Below, one piece after another: positions 36,475 through 49,200 of a stretch of DNA of 51,970 nt. The notes under the pieces were generated by a model. It was not told the origin of the DNA and did no database searches. It was given only the letters and a program-made list of their open reading frames with translations. The DNA is from Chiloscyllium plagiosum (Eukaryota): assembly GCF_004010195.1 (NCBI RefSeq), contig NC_057719.1, positions 7,048,230 through 7,100,199 on the forward strand. The letters are read 5' to 3'. A program made the translations under genes and the position numbers. Numbering within the stretch: the stretch's first letter is position 1; each line of letters opens with the position of its first letter.

Positions 36475-36588
36475 AGGCGAAAGTGAGTACTGCAGATGCT
36501 GGAGATTAGAGTGAAGAGTGTGGTGCTGGAAGTGCACAGCAGGTCAGGCAGCATCCAGGGAGCAGGAAAATCTATGTTTCAGGTAAAA
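36475..36588. mobile_element. Short Penelope pseudo-LTR-derived insertion
   Basis: 12-bp TSD GTCACATA(C/T)GCT (36463-36474 and 36589-36600). Confidence 0.85.
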
Positions 36589-36636
36589 GTCACATATGCT
36601 GGCTGTTAGTGGCAGGTCAGAAGCTAAGAGTACTGA

Positions 36637-37149
36637 GGAGAAAGTGAGGACTGCAGTTCCTGGAGAGTCAGAGTTGAAAAGGGTGGTACTGGAAAAGCAC
36701 AGCAGGTCAGGCATAGACTGGTAGATAGAGATCAGCTTTTTTCCAGGGTAAAGGATTCAATAACAAGAGATCACACTTTCAAGGTGAGAGGTGAAAAGTT
36801 TAAGGGGGATACACACAGCAAGTACTTTACACAGAGGGTGGTAGGTGCCTGGAACGCGTTGCCAGCCGAGGAACTAGAGGCAGGCACAGTAGATTCATTC
36901 AAGATGTGTCTAGACAGATGCATGAGTAGGTGGGGAGCAGAGGGACTCAGAGGCCTAGGAATTGGATGACCGGTTTAGACAGTGGCTTTGGATCAGCTCA
37001 GGTTGGAGGGCCGAATGGCCTGTTCCTGGGCTGTAAATTTTCTTTGCTCTTTGTTTGGGCAGCATCTGAAAGACCTTATGCCCGAAATGATGACTCTGCT
37101 GCTTCTCGGATGCTGCCTGACCTGTGTTTTTCCAGTGCCACCCGTTTTG
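36637..37149. mobile_element. Penelope pseudo-LTR-derived insertion containing a CR1 3' end (about 36714-37057)
   Basis: 14-bp TSD GCT(AA/GG)GAGTACTGA (36623-36636 and 37150-37163). Inner CR1 motif FTQRVVGAWNALP is flanked by ggca. Confidence 0.82.
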
Positions 37150-37769
37150 GCTGGGAGTACTGAAGTGAGTAACTCAACTCACTCCCCAAAGCCTGTCCAT
37201 TATCTACAAAGCACAAGTCAGGAGTATGATGGTTTATTCCCCACTTGCATAGATAGGTGCAGTTCCAACACTCAAGATGCTTGACACCATCTGGAGCAAA
37301 GCAGCCTGCTTGACTGGTACCATATCCACAAGCATTCACTCCTTCCACCAAAACTGTTCAGTAGCAGCAATATGCACCATCTAAAAGATGTGTTGCAGAA
37401 AATCACCATAGATTCTTAGTACTTTCCAAACCCACAACCACTTCCACCTAGAAGGAAAAGGATAACAGGTACATGAGAACACAGTCACTTGCAAGTTCCT
37501 CTCCAAACCACACTATCCAAAGTTGGAAATATATTGCCATTCCTTCACTGTTGCTGGGTCAAAGTCCTGGATTTCCCTCCCTAAGAGCATTGTGGTGCAA
37601 CCTACAGTATGTGAACTGCAGCGGTTTAAGGAGGTAGTTCACCACTACGTTCTCCAGAGCGAAGGACGGGCAGTAAATGCTGTCCAGCCAGTGATGCCCA
37701 TGACCTGTGAATGGATATTTCCAAAGAAAAACGGAGGTTATGTTCTGGAGACTTGGAACCAGTGATAGA

Positions 37770-38002
37770 TTGTAGAGTTAAAAGTCTAATGATGGCCAAG
37801 ACCACTGTTTATTGTCAGAAAAACCTATTGAGTTCACGACTGCCTTTTAGGGAAGGAAACTATCATCCTTACCTGGTCTGGCCTACATATGACTTCCAGC
37901 CCACAGCAAATATTGTCAACTCTTAACTGCCCTCTGGGCAATTCGGGATGAGCAATAAATTCTGGTCTCGCCAGAGATGTCCATGTCCCCTGAATGAATA
38001 TT
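37770..38002 (+). mobile_element. tRNA-derived SINE, 3' part
   Basis: Collinear with 24705-24905. Confidence 0.7.
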
Positions 38003-38009
38003 TTTTAAA

Positions 38010-38705
38010 AAATCATTAACATTCGTCATACATCAGTCCCCTTATCCCAAGAATTAGTCTGGTCTATGTTTGCAGCATTCCCTCTACAGTATAGCAAGAA
38101 CTTCCTTTCTCTGATATGGAGACGTAAACTGCATGTAGTATTCCAGGTGTGGTCTCATGAAGGCCCTATATAATTGCAGCAAGATATCCTTGTTTCTGTA
38201 TTTGAAGCTGCTCACTATGAAGGCTGACATACCATTTTCCTTCTTTACAACCTGCACCTTGAGCAACTGGTCTACAAGGGCACCCAGGTTTCATTGAATA
38301 TCCTTGCTCCTCAATGTATAGAGCCATTCAGATGGTAGTCCGCCTTCCTGGTTTTGCTACTAGAGTAACCTTACATTTATCCACATTATACTGCATCTGC
38401 CATGCATTTGCCACTAATCCTGCTTCAGTGTGATTTGGATAAGTTTATCTGCAACCTCTTCACAGCTTGCTCCCTCCTACACCCAGCTTTGTGTCATCTG
38501 CAAATTTGGAGATATTCAGTTCTCTCATCCAAATTGTTCATACATATTGTGAATAGCTGGAGTTCGAGCACTGATCCCCATAAATGCCAGCAGTCACTGC
38601 CTGCTATTCAAGAAAAAACCTGTTTATTCTGACTGTTTTCTGCCTGCCAACCAATTTTCTATCCACCTCAATATACTACCCCCAATCCCATGTGCTTTAG
38701 TTTTG
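38010..38705 (-). mobile_element. CR1 RT fragment
   Basis: YRNKDILLQLYRAFMRPHLEYYMQF.SPY.RKEVLAI. Confidence 0.82.
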
Positions 38706-38943
38706 CGAAACTTTATAAATCTTTTAACAAAAAACTTAGCTGCTTCATAAGAGCATTACAAACCATAATTTAACACCAGGCTGCATAAAGCAATTAGGTC
38801 AGATGGCAAAAATTTTGGTTGACAAAGTAGGTTTTAATCAGAATATTAGAATTAGGCTTATTGTCACATATACGCAAATACAGGAATACACATTTACAGT
38901 GAAATGTGTACAAAGTCGTTATTTCCTCACCATCTTAGGTACG

Positions 38944-39539
38944 TGTTATGTTCATTTTTTTTCTGAGGTTCTTTCACACTTGATGCAACTGCAACACACC
39001 AACCTCAGTGAACAGCAACAAAATTTTATTAAGCACAGTACAGTACAAACTTTCTCCAAGAATCTTCAACACACACCTGCAGGGCTTACGGAGTTGTGGC
39101 AAAAGCTCTCCCCGAACAAAGGAAACAGTCCTTTATGCGAGATCTTTACGTCATAGTTAGTAATGCCCACAAGGCGACCCCCAGTTGTTCCCCCACAGTC
39201 ATATGCCATTCAAGACACAATACAGTGACCAATTCATCCTCAGAAACAATGTAATATGAATCATCCTTTAATGGCCAAATCTGGTGTGAATTGTATTTTT
39301 TTTAAACTACAGGGAGTAGTCAGAATTCCAACTATAATGTTCTTATTGATTTCTGAATAGGGGATGAAAATGTAAATAGCTCTGAATGGCAAGGAAATGG
39401 ACATATAAATAGCTCTGTAAATAGGAGATGATAAGGTAATTTTTTACAATTTATCTCTAAATCAAAGGCATCCCACCCTAGATTTGGGGCATCCAATTTC
39501 CTGCGGGTCAGCAGAGCAAGTTAACTCTTTAATATCACA
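38944..39539. mobile_element. Probable solo LTR (596 bp), same family as 20044-20551
   Basis: TGTTA...CA termini, degenerate flanking repeat gtac(g)/gcac(a), collinear similarity to 20044-20551. Confidence 0.7.
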
Positions 39540-39689
39540 GCACAAAGATGCCTAGGTATAAAATGTTAGGTATAAATTAGAAAAATAAAGGAAAAGGTTC
39601 AACATTGAAGTCCTTCTAAAGTGGAGTGTCCGCACTGGGCTTCCTCGAGTGTAAGGGAGGGTTAGAGTGTACAAATCTAAAAGTAAATC

Positions 39690-40975
39690 AACCGAGAGGC
39701 CTATAGGTTGTAGAATAAAAGGATGCAACCAAACATTCAAAGCAAAACAGATGAACTAAGAGCACAGAAACCTAAATCTATGCAGAATCCAATTTGATGG
39801 CCATTACAGAGAAATGGCTACAGTTGATGTGAATTTGCACCTGAATATTGAAAGGAACAGAGGATATTTAGGGAGGAGTGGAAGCGAGGAACAGGTGGAG
39901 GAGTGGTTTTGTTAGTTAACTATGGTATTAGCACTCTGGACAGGGATGACCTCAGTTCACGAAATCAGGATGTGGATACAACTTAGGTAGAGATGAGAAA
40001 TAATGAAGATAAAAGTCACTTCTGTACACTCTGAGAAGTAACCACATGATGGGTTGAAGCATAAAGGAAGAAATAACGGGAGCTTGTCAGAAACACAGCA
40101 ATAATAAAGTGTGTTTTTCAATCTGCACATAGAACAGAAAAGTTAGTTGGACCAAAATAGCCCAGATGATGATTTCAGAGAATGTTTTTGGGATAATTTC
40201 TCAGAACAGCATGTTCTGGAATCATCCAGACAGCAGGTAATACTAGACCTGGATTTGGACATTGAGATAGGATTAATTAATCTCGTAGCAAAGCTGTCTC
40301 TAGATAGCAATGTTTATAATAGGATTGAGTGTTGCACTTAGTTTAAGGATAAACAGTGCACAACACCAGGATGTAGTCCGACAGGTTTATTTGGAAGCAC
40401 TAGCTTTCAGAGCGCTTCATCAGGTGGATGTGGAACACCAGCATCTCCAAATCAGTTTAAGAATGGGAAGAGTGGGTCTGAAACATTTTATTTTAATTAG
40501 TAAAGGTAATTATGAAGACATATATGCAGACTTAGCTAAAGTAAAGTAGCAAATTAGTTTAAAGGATATATTGATCAATAGAGTTACAGTGACAGCTGCT
40601 TAAGTAGATACAAAATAACTTGACAAAATATGCTTTGCTCCTGTTGGAAGTGAGTCTGGAGAATTGATGTGAAATAGAGGTGGCAGATGAACTGAGCAGA
40701 TATTTTGCGTCAGTTTTTATTATAGGCAATGCAAGTAACATCCCAAAAACAGCTCTATATCAGGAAATAGAAAAGGGGAGCTCAGGAAAATTACAGAATA
40801 GTGAGGATTTTGCTTTAATTTTGCAAAGCTGCCCTGATTTGGGAAAGATCCCATGCAATTTAGGTAGTGAAAGTAATTCATTAATTGAAAATAATGGTAA
40901 ATAGAAAGCAGAAATACAAGACAGATCTTTTAGCTTAATATCTATTATAGGCAAAATTGGCACCTCTAGCTGAGG
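39690..40975 (+). mobile_element. Old CR1 endonuclease/linker remnants, with a Penelope-derived arm at about 40345-40450
   Basis: FRECFWDNFSEQHVLESSRQQVILDL; MADELSRYFASVF. Confidence 0.7.
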
Positions 40976-41859
40976 ATTGCTCCAAGTGTTTCAGCCTTCT
41001 TTTCGCCTTGATGTGCTGGGCTCCCTTATAACTGGAAATTTAGTTACATAGAACATTGAACATTACAGAGCAGTACAGGTCCTTTGGCCCCTGATGCTGC
41101 GCTGACCTGTGGAGCCCTATCTATCCTACACTCTTCCATTTTCATAGTTGTTGGAAGGCAGCCACCTCATCCAGTGGGTCTGTTTCATTGTCCACCAAAA
41201 GTTCCAACTGAATGTGGCACAAATAGATCTGATCCATTGATTGTGGGATTGGTTAGCACTGTCTATCACGTGCTACTTCTGTTTGGCATGCAAGTTGTCC
41301 TATTTTGTACTGAAGACAGCAAGAGAGTCTCCAGGTTATCGCCTCATCTAGGTATGGCTGGTGCTACTCCTGGCATGTCCTTCTGCACTGTTGAACCAGG
41401 TGGATCGCAGGCTTGATGGTTACTGTAGAATGGGTGATATGCCAGGCTGTGATATTGTAGATTGTCTAAGTTACGTAGAGTATAATTCTGCTGCTGTTGA
41501 TGGCCCACTGCGCTTCATGGCTGCCTCTTCATCAGTTGCTAGATTTGTTTGAAGTCTGTCCTTCTGGCCCTGATGCTCTGGTCAGCAGTGGTGCTGTGGA
41601 GCCTCTAAGTGATGAATATTGAAGCTACACATGCAGAATTCATTCTCTGGCCTTCCCACCCTCTATGCTCTGTTCAAATGAAGTACTTATTCAAGTGATA
41701 TGGTACATGGTAATCAGTGGTAGGTTTCCAGGCATGTTCTTAACCTGAGGCCTTGAGACAGCATAGGATCCCACATCAATGTTGAGCACTATATTAACTG
41801 TTAGCAACCATCTGCCTGACTCTGCCCTGTCAATGGGACAAGACCTACCAAAGATCTTT

Positions 41860-43262
41860 TTGTATCATTGACAGCAAAGGTTGAAGTGCCTGAAGATTGG
41901 AGGGTGGCTAATACTGTGCCATTATTTGAGAGGCTGTAGGGAAATGTCTGGGAACTGCAGACTGGTGAGCCTAACATTTGTGGTGGGTAAGTTGTCAGCG
42001 GAGATTCTGAGAGATAGAATGTACAGGCATTTGGAGAGGCAAGGACTCATTTGGGATAGTCATCATGGCTTTGTGTCTCGAGAATTTGGTTGAGAATTTC
42101 GAAGGAGTGACCCAGAAAGTAGACGAAGATAGTGCAGTAGACGTTGCCTACATAAACTTTCGGAAGGCCTTTGACACGATACTGATTGGTAGGTTGTTGA
42201 ATAAGGTTATATCTCACAGGATCCAGGGAGAGCTGGCCAATTGGATACAAAATTGGCTTGTTGGTAGAAGACAGTGTGTGTTGTTTTACAGACTGTGACC
42301 AGTGGTGTGCCGTAGGTTCAATACTAGGTCTGCGGTTGTTTGTCATTTATATAAATGATGTGGATGAGCGTTTCGGAGGTATGATTAGTAAGTTTGCAGA
42401 TGGCACCAAGTTTAGTGGTACAGTGGACAGTGAAGGTGGTTATCTGGGAATACTGAGAGATCTTGGCCTGTGGGCTGAGGAATAGCAGATAGAAATTAAT
42501 TTAGATAAATGCAAGGTGTTGCATTTTGTTCGGTTAAACTAGAGCAGGACATGCACAGTAAATGGCAGGGCCTTGTGGAGTGTTATAGAACAAAGAGACC
42601 TAGGGGTGTGCAGTACATTGTTCCTTGAAAGTGGAGTCACAGGTAGACTGGGTGGTGAAGGAGGATTTTGGCATGCTAGCTTTCATTGGTCAGAGTATTG
42701 AGTATATGAGTTGCAGCTGTACAAGACATTGGTGAAGCCACATTTGGAGTACTGGGCAGTTCTGGTTGCCCTGCTATAGAAAGGATATTATTAAACTAGA
42801 ACACGTGCAGGCAAGGTTTACTTGGACTGGAAGGTTTATGTTACAAGAAGAGGTTGGATAGGCTGGGCCTTTTTTTCCTGGAGCTTAAGAGACTGAGGGA
42901 TGACCTTAGAGGTCTACAAAATCATGAGAGGCATGGATAAGGTAGATAGCCAACAGCTTTTCCTCAAGGTAGGGGAATCTAAAACGAGAGGGCATAGGTT
43001 AAAGGTGAGAAGGTTCAGACAGGCAATTATTTCACACAGAGGGTAGTGTATGTCTGGAACAGGTTGCCAAAGATAGTGATGGAAGGGGTGAGTACAATTT
43101 TGCCATTTAAGAAACATTTAAACAGGTCCATGAGTGAGATAGGTAAGGAGAGATATGGACCAAACACAGGCAAATGGAACGAGTTTAATTGTGAAAACTG
43201 GGCGGCATGGGCAAGTTGGACTGAAAGGCCTGTTTACATGCTGTACACCTCTGTGACTCTAT
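41860..43262 (+). mobile_element. CR1, RT to 3' tail
   Basis: GNCRLVSLTFVVGKL...HHGFV; VDVAYINFRKAFD; FVIYINDVD...SKFADGTK; tail gtgactcta. Confidence 0.9.
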
Positions 43263-43264
43263 AA

Positions 43265-44755
43265 GCTGTTATGGAAGAGATTAAATAGCTGACATTTAGA
43301 TAAATTGTAGTAATCAGGCAAATGGTTTTGTGAAAGGGCAATCATGTTTAATCAGTCTATTGGAGTTATTTGAGGAAGTAACATAAATAAAGGGGGACTA
43401 TATTGTACAGCAGTTTCCAGAAGGTATTCGATAATATATCACTTGAAAGGTTATTGCAGAAAATAAATGCTCATGTGTATGGATACCATTTAGAGTCACA
43501 CAGCATGGAAACAGACTCTTCAATCCAACTCGTTTGTGCCGACCAGAATCCCAATCTGACCATGTCCTGTTTGTCAGCATTTGGCTCATATCCCTCTAAA
43601 TGCTTCCTATTCATGTACGCATCCCAATTTCTTTTAAATGTTATAATTATACCCACCACCACCTCTTCCTCTGGCAGCTTGTTCCATGCATACACCATTC
43701 TCTGTGAGAAAAAGCTACCCCTCAGGTTCTAGTTAATCTTTCCCCTCTCACCTTAAACCTGTACTCTCTGGTTTTGGGTACTCCAAGTCACACCACTGGT
43801 TCTATCTGGTTGAAGCAGGACTTCATTATTTCTGTACTCAAGTCCTTTTTGTAGAGGATTACTTAGTTAACAGAAAGCATAAATGGGTAGTTTTCTAGTT
43901 GGGATAACATAACAAATGGTATGTCACAAGGATTGGTGCTGGGCCCTCAACTGTTTACAAATTATGTCAATCATTTGGAATAAAGGCTTGAACATATAGT
44001 TGACAACTTTGCTGAAGGCACAAAGATACAGGAAAATATGTGGTAAAGAGTATGTAAGGAGACTACAAAAAGATAGGTTGTATGATTGGGCAAAGAGCTA
44101 GCAAATGGAGTAAAATGTGAAATTGTTTATTTGGCAGGAAGAATAGATTCTATGATAACATAAAGATTGCGGAGCTCTGCGATGCAGAGACATTTTAGTG
44201 TCCTAGTGCATACATTGTAAATGTATCTGCATACATTGCAGATACAGAAAGTTATTAGGAAAACTCATTGAATGTTATAATTCATTTCAAACAGAATTTA
44301 ATACAGAAATGGTGAGATTATGCTTCAATTATACAGGACATTAATGAAACAACATTGAAACATTGTCCAGTGTTGATTACATTATTTTACTCCTTTTGCA
44401 GTTCTCCAACAGATGAAGGTATGCACAGACAGAGTAGACTAAAAATCTCCTCCCCATTGCAGATGCATCTTAGGCTAGAAGGCATAAGTTTAAAGGTGAA
44501 GAGCAAATTGTTTCGGGGAGATCTGCGATTTGTTTTTCACACAGAGGGTGCTAGATATATGGGAATATGCTGCCTGAGAAGGTGTTGGAGCCTAGTACTC
44601 TTGTAACATTTAAGAAATATCTGGATGAGTACTTGAAATGCCAGGGCATAATAGGCTATGGACTGAGTATAGGTCAATGGGACTAGAGTAGTTTGGTGTC
44701 TGTTGGCATGGGTGTGGTGAGCTGAAAGGTCTGTTTCTATGCTATATGACTCTAC
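43265..44755. mobile_element. Mosaic of CR1 fragments: old + strand RT, a minus-strand 3' end at about 43490-43790, and a + strand 3' end at about 44465-44755
   Basis: FQKVFD; VYAWNKLPEE.V; FRGDLR..FHTEG motifs and CR1 tails. Confidence 0.75.
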
Positions 44756-44819
44756 AGAATCCCTCATTTGAGGTTACTTCAGGTAGATAATGCACTTCGG
44801 ATGGGGACTAATATATTGA

Positions 44820-46250
44820 AATGAATCGTTAGTTGGTTGATAAACAGGAAACAGAGATTGGGAATAAGTGGATCATTTCTCAAGTGGTAGGTGACTGCAA
44901 GGGTCAGTGCTTGGGCTCCAGCTATTCACATGATATATAAAAATTATCTGGATAAGGACACCAAATGCAACATTCCCAAAACTAGGTAGGTGAGATTGAA
45001 AGTTGTGAGGAGGTTGCAAGGTGGCTTCAAGGTGATTTAGACAAGTTAAGTGAGTGGGCAAACACATGGCAGATGCTGTACGACATGGCTAAATGTGAAG
45101 ATACGGTGTTTTCCAAAATAAAACAGAAAGGAAGAGTATAATTGAAATAATATATTTGGAGGTATGGACATACAAAAAGATCTAATTTGTACACCAATTG
45201 ATAGAAGTAGATAGGCAGATACAGCAAACAATTCAGAAGGTAAATGGTATGTTGTTTTACAATACAACTTGATCTGAGTTCAGAAATGGCATTGTCTTTC
45301 TGCAAGTTTTACAGGATCTTGTGGAGACAATATTTGGAGTATTGCGGGCAGTTTTGATCTCCCTACCAAAGAAAGGATATCTTTATCTTTACCAGAGAGG
45401 AAGTATAGTGGAGGTTCACTAGGCTGACACTGGGACTGGCAGGACTGTCCTATGAGGAGAGATTAGTTCAACTGGCCAATATTCATGTGGGTTTTGAACG
45501 ATGAGAGGAAATCTGATGGAAACATGTAAAATCTTAACAGGATTAGGCAGACTGTATGCAGAAAGGATGTTTTTGCTGGTTGGGGAATGTAGAACTTGGG
45601 AATACAGTCTCAGGATATGGGGTAGATCATTTAGGACTGAGATGAGGAAAAACTTCTTCACTTGAAGGGTGGTGAACCTGTGAAATTCTGTCCAACAGAA
45701 GGCTGTAGAGGTCAAGTCACTGAATGTATTCAAGCAAAGATAGATAAAATTTCAGAATTTAAAGACATCAAGAGGTAAAGGGAGAAAGTGGGAATGTAAC
45801 ATTGGTCATATTACCATATATATTGGAGTAACAGTCGACTTTCTGACTACTTTTTAAATTTATGGGGTTGGCTATCACATGGAATACCACCTTTTGAGGG
45901 GCTGAAAGTCATGTCCATCAAAATTCATATCGTATCATTAGCAGACGTCCAATTAATCTCTAAACAAATAATGAACAAAAATACAACAGATTACGATAAT
46001 TCTGAAAACCTGAAGCAGAGCGTGACAGCTGGAGGACCTGGAGCGCAGTGGGATGACTGGCAGACTGATTTATAAATGTTGATCTGTTATGTGGAAAAAC
46101 TAGGGTCGACTTTTAAGTGAGATATATGGAAAATTCCAGATTTTTTGGACAAAGATAGAGGGCCAACTTTTGCATGAAATCGATTATTACTCGAGTGTCT
46201 ATATAGTAGATGGTAGAGCACACTCAAAGGGCTGAATGGCCTGCTCTTTC
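44820..46250 (+). mobile_element. Old CR1 (RT to 3' UTR) with a DNA transposon in its tail
   Basis: gggtcagtgcttgggctccagctattcac; FRTEMRKNFFT..VVNL.NS motif. Confidence 0.8.
45812..46208. mobile_element. Non-autonomous Tc2/pogo-like DNA transposon, shorter relative of 33936-34845
   Basis: TIRs taccatatatattggagtaacagtcga / tcgattattactcgagtgtctatatagta; TA ends. Confidence 0.72.
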
Positions 46251-49200
46251 TAGTTAGAATTAGAGTTTATTGTCACATTCCAGGTTTTCATGAGAGTTTT
46301 CTTCTCTATAAAATTTTGTAGAGCTTATTTTTATGTGGTTTCAATTCCTGTCCAAAGAGTACGATAGTCTTTTTCTTGAGTCCTCGTACAATCGAGCTTA
46401 AGACATTCGTAGCTTTAAATAACCCCTTCAGTGTTTAAATTCAACACTGGTCTGGAACTTACTTTTAAAACTTTAAGGAGTTTAGTTTTAAAGTTTTAAA
46501 ACTTTAAAAATAAACTACCTATATTGAGATAGGTCGATAGCTTAAGAAATAGACTTTCTTAGGGACAACCATTCTACACATTCAGCTTCAGCAAAGACTG
46601 GTTTAAACGTCAAATCCACAAAGGCTTTCTCTAAATGAAAAGAAAATAGTTAATCTCTGACCTAAATTGAAAGTTAATGCACAATACTTCGTTCACTCAT
46701 GAAAACTTTCTGAATGTAAACAGATTCTTATTAGCCCCCAAGAATGGTTTCTCTCAGACTGCTTTTTAAAATAAGACCCCATTGGTTACGTAAATATGTT
46801 CAAGTTAACCTTTAAACCCCTTCAGAGATGCAGACCCAAACCTAACTGCCACAAGCTCAAATTCAAATAAATGATATTAAAATATTGAAATTTGTGCACC
46901 TAATTCTCTCACTCCAGTATAGAAGATATATTTCTGGACAATATATTTGGGTTGGTGGATAACTGTTACTTTCTTTGGCACATGTGATCTCTGCTGCTGG
47001 TTTTAAAATGAGAAACAAAATCAACATTATTCTTGTCCTTCGTTACCATCGAGTAACTTTTGAAATTGATGATAGGTGAGGTTAGGTTTGAAATTGGTTG
47101 CAGTGGCCCTGTAAATGAAAATAAGCATAAATGTCTGCATAAAACTGTGCAATTGTACCTGAATACCTGAATTAGTATCATCAAAAGAGAATGGACAGAA
47201 TATTAAAAATAACTACTTTGTAATCAAAAGGTTGTTAAAAATGGTCTGTAGGGAAAAATGTGACATTTGATGTCTCTGGAGAATTTCTCTCCAAATTGGC
47301 ATGCAGCACGATGCCATTGAACTGCTGGTTGCAATGTTCACTCTTAGCCATCCTTTACTGTAAACAGTAGTATCTAGACTGTCCATTTTAGGAATAGGTG
47401 GAGCAAATAAAATTATATTCACTCCTTCTGCAAACAGTATAATTGTGTAAATTGCTTCATGTTTCAAGATGTTGAATGCATAATTTCAGTGCTCCATGAA
47501 TTTACCTGCATTGACCCATGGTTGATGTCAAGGGCAGTATGAATCTTTCTCAAACAAATCAAACCTTACCATTGAGAGTTGTTAAAGAAAAGTAAAAAGG
47601 AATTGCAAGTTTTTTTAGGTTTAGTTCCAGCTACGATGCTATCTACTAACAGTCTGTCTAAATGTGAGACTTGTTTTGCTGTTGTAATGTATCATCACCT
47701 GTTTTCTTAACCTCTGATCCTTCCAGAATAATTAAACTTCAAGCAGTTTTTCTCGCTTCAAAAGCTGGTTTATGCTAAAAGCTTTGTCAAAATTTCTTAT
47801 CCGTAGACACCAAATATAGTCCCAGATAAAGATATTATGCACATAGTGCAGACTTGGGCTTTCAGATGGGCGGTAGATTTATGACTAAAAGGAGCAAGCT
47901 GAATTAGCAAGCTTATTACGCTGCTCTTATTTTTGGGTTGCTTTTTAATTGGCTCAGATTAAACTTTAAACCAGAATAGTTGAGTGTTATTCAAAACATT
48001 TTAAGTTCTTGAAGGGTAATGTAGCACTAAATGCAAATATGTCTAAGAACAATTTGCATTCAACCTTTACTACGTATGAGTTCAGGTAAAAGGAAAACTT
48101 CCCAGCACATTATAAATGGAAATGAATGAGGAAAGCTTATGAGCCAGGGTGAAAATGTTTAGGGCGGTGACAAAGGCTTGACCATAAAGATGGGTTTGAG
48201 TGTTTTTTAATCCATTCATGATATTACATATCACTGGCTGCGAAAGCATTTATTGCCCATAACAAGGTTTAACAACTGAGCACGACTGAAGTCTCTTAGG
48301 GCAATTGGGATGGGGGGGGGGGTGGAGTTTTCAGAAGGATGCAAGGCTGTGGAAGAAAGTAGATGCCTGGAGGATTTATCAGTGAAAACATGAATCAGAC
48401 CATTGGCAGGACTTTTAAAATTAAGGAACCACAGAAGTCAGTAAAGATGGATTAAGGATTAATGCAGTACTCGATGCAGACTGGAGGGCAGTTATACTGT
48501 TTAATTCAAAAGTTAGACTTGACTCAGTGACACCTTTTTGTGGTCTAGTTGAATTGTTCAGGCTTACGTAACTCACATAAATACAAATCTTTGTTTTCTT
48601 TATCTTTTATGTTCTTAAAACATACCACAACACTTAAGTGGGGGGAGGGGGTACTTTTTTGAATGCTTTCAATGGCAGTCTTGGCACTTTAAAGATCATT
48701 GAGATGAACAGAATACCAAGATTGTTCATGGTATGATATGGTGGGAAGGGAAATGGATGGAGTCACAGGCACAAGGCTACTTGTTTGACTTTAATATTTT
48801 GTTTTCAGTTTGAAGATCTGCACGTGCTTGAGCATCAAGAAACATTTGAGTTTAACCGCTGGATGTCAGGAGAGTGATGATGAGTGCAACTTCTTATGAG
48901 AACTTTGTATCCTCTGTGCATTTATGCAATCTCTCTCTTCCAGCTGTGAGCATTTGTCCAAAAATACTTCTGCTAATTGTTAGTCATGTCCCTTGCACTT
49001 TGCAGTGAGAATAAGCTTATTGTAAGGATCCAAGTTTCTGGCAGGTTTCCCACTCTGCGTATGAGTGATGCAAATGAAAATAGCACTAGGAATTGAACTC
49101 TGGCAGCAATTAGTCTTGCGATTAGTAAAAGAGGATTGTAATTTCAAGGATGAAAAGAGGAGGAGTGGGCAAAAGGATTTGAAATGAGATCATGAAAGAT

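Larger units (their letters stand above)
36250..37715 (+). mobile_element. Old CR1/L2-group LINE 3' portion with three nested insertions
   Basis: QMQQNLDNIHAWAVRWQITFKPHKCQ; IYKAQVRSMM.YSP; HSFTVAGSKSWISLP. Confidence 0.75.

Noticed and set aside
20044..39539. Two similar LTRs as the ends of one provirus
   Set aside because: Too diverged, each has its own flanking repeat, and there is no gag/pol/env between them.
46271..46911. Possible further LTR-like element containing a 14-bp inverted repeat (46463-46476 / 46488-46501)
   Set aside because: No TSD and no second copy; the inverted repeat is low-complexity A/T.
48809..48905. Frame FEDLHVLEHQETFEFNRWMSGE resembling a PLAT/LH2 domain motif
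   Set aside because: Short, followed at once by three stops, and with no supporting exons; probably coincidence.
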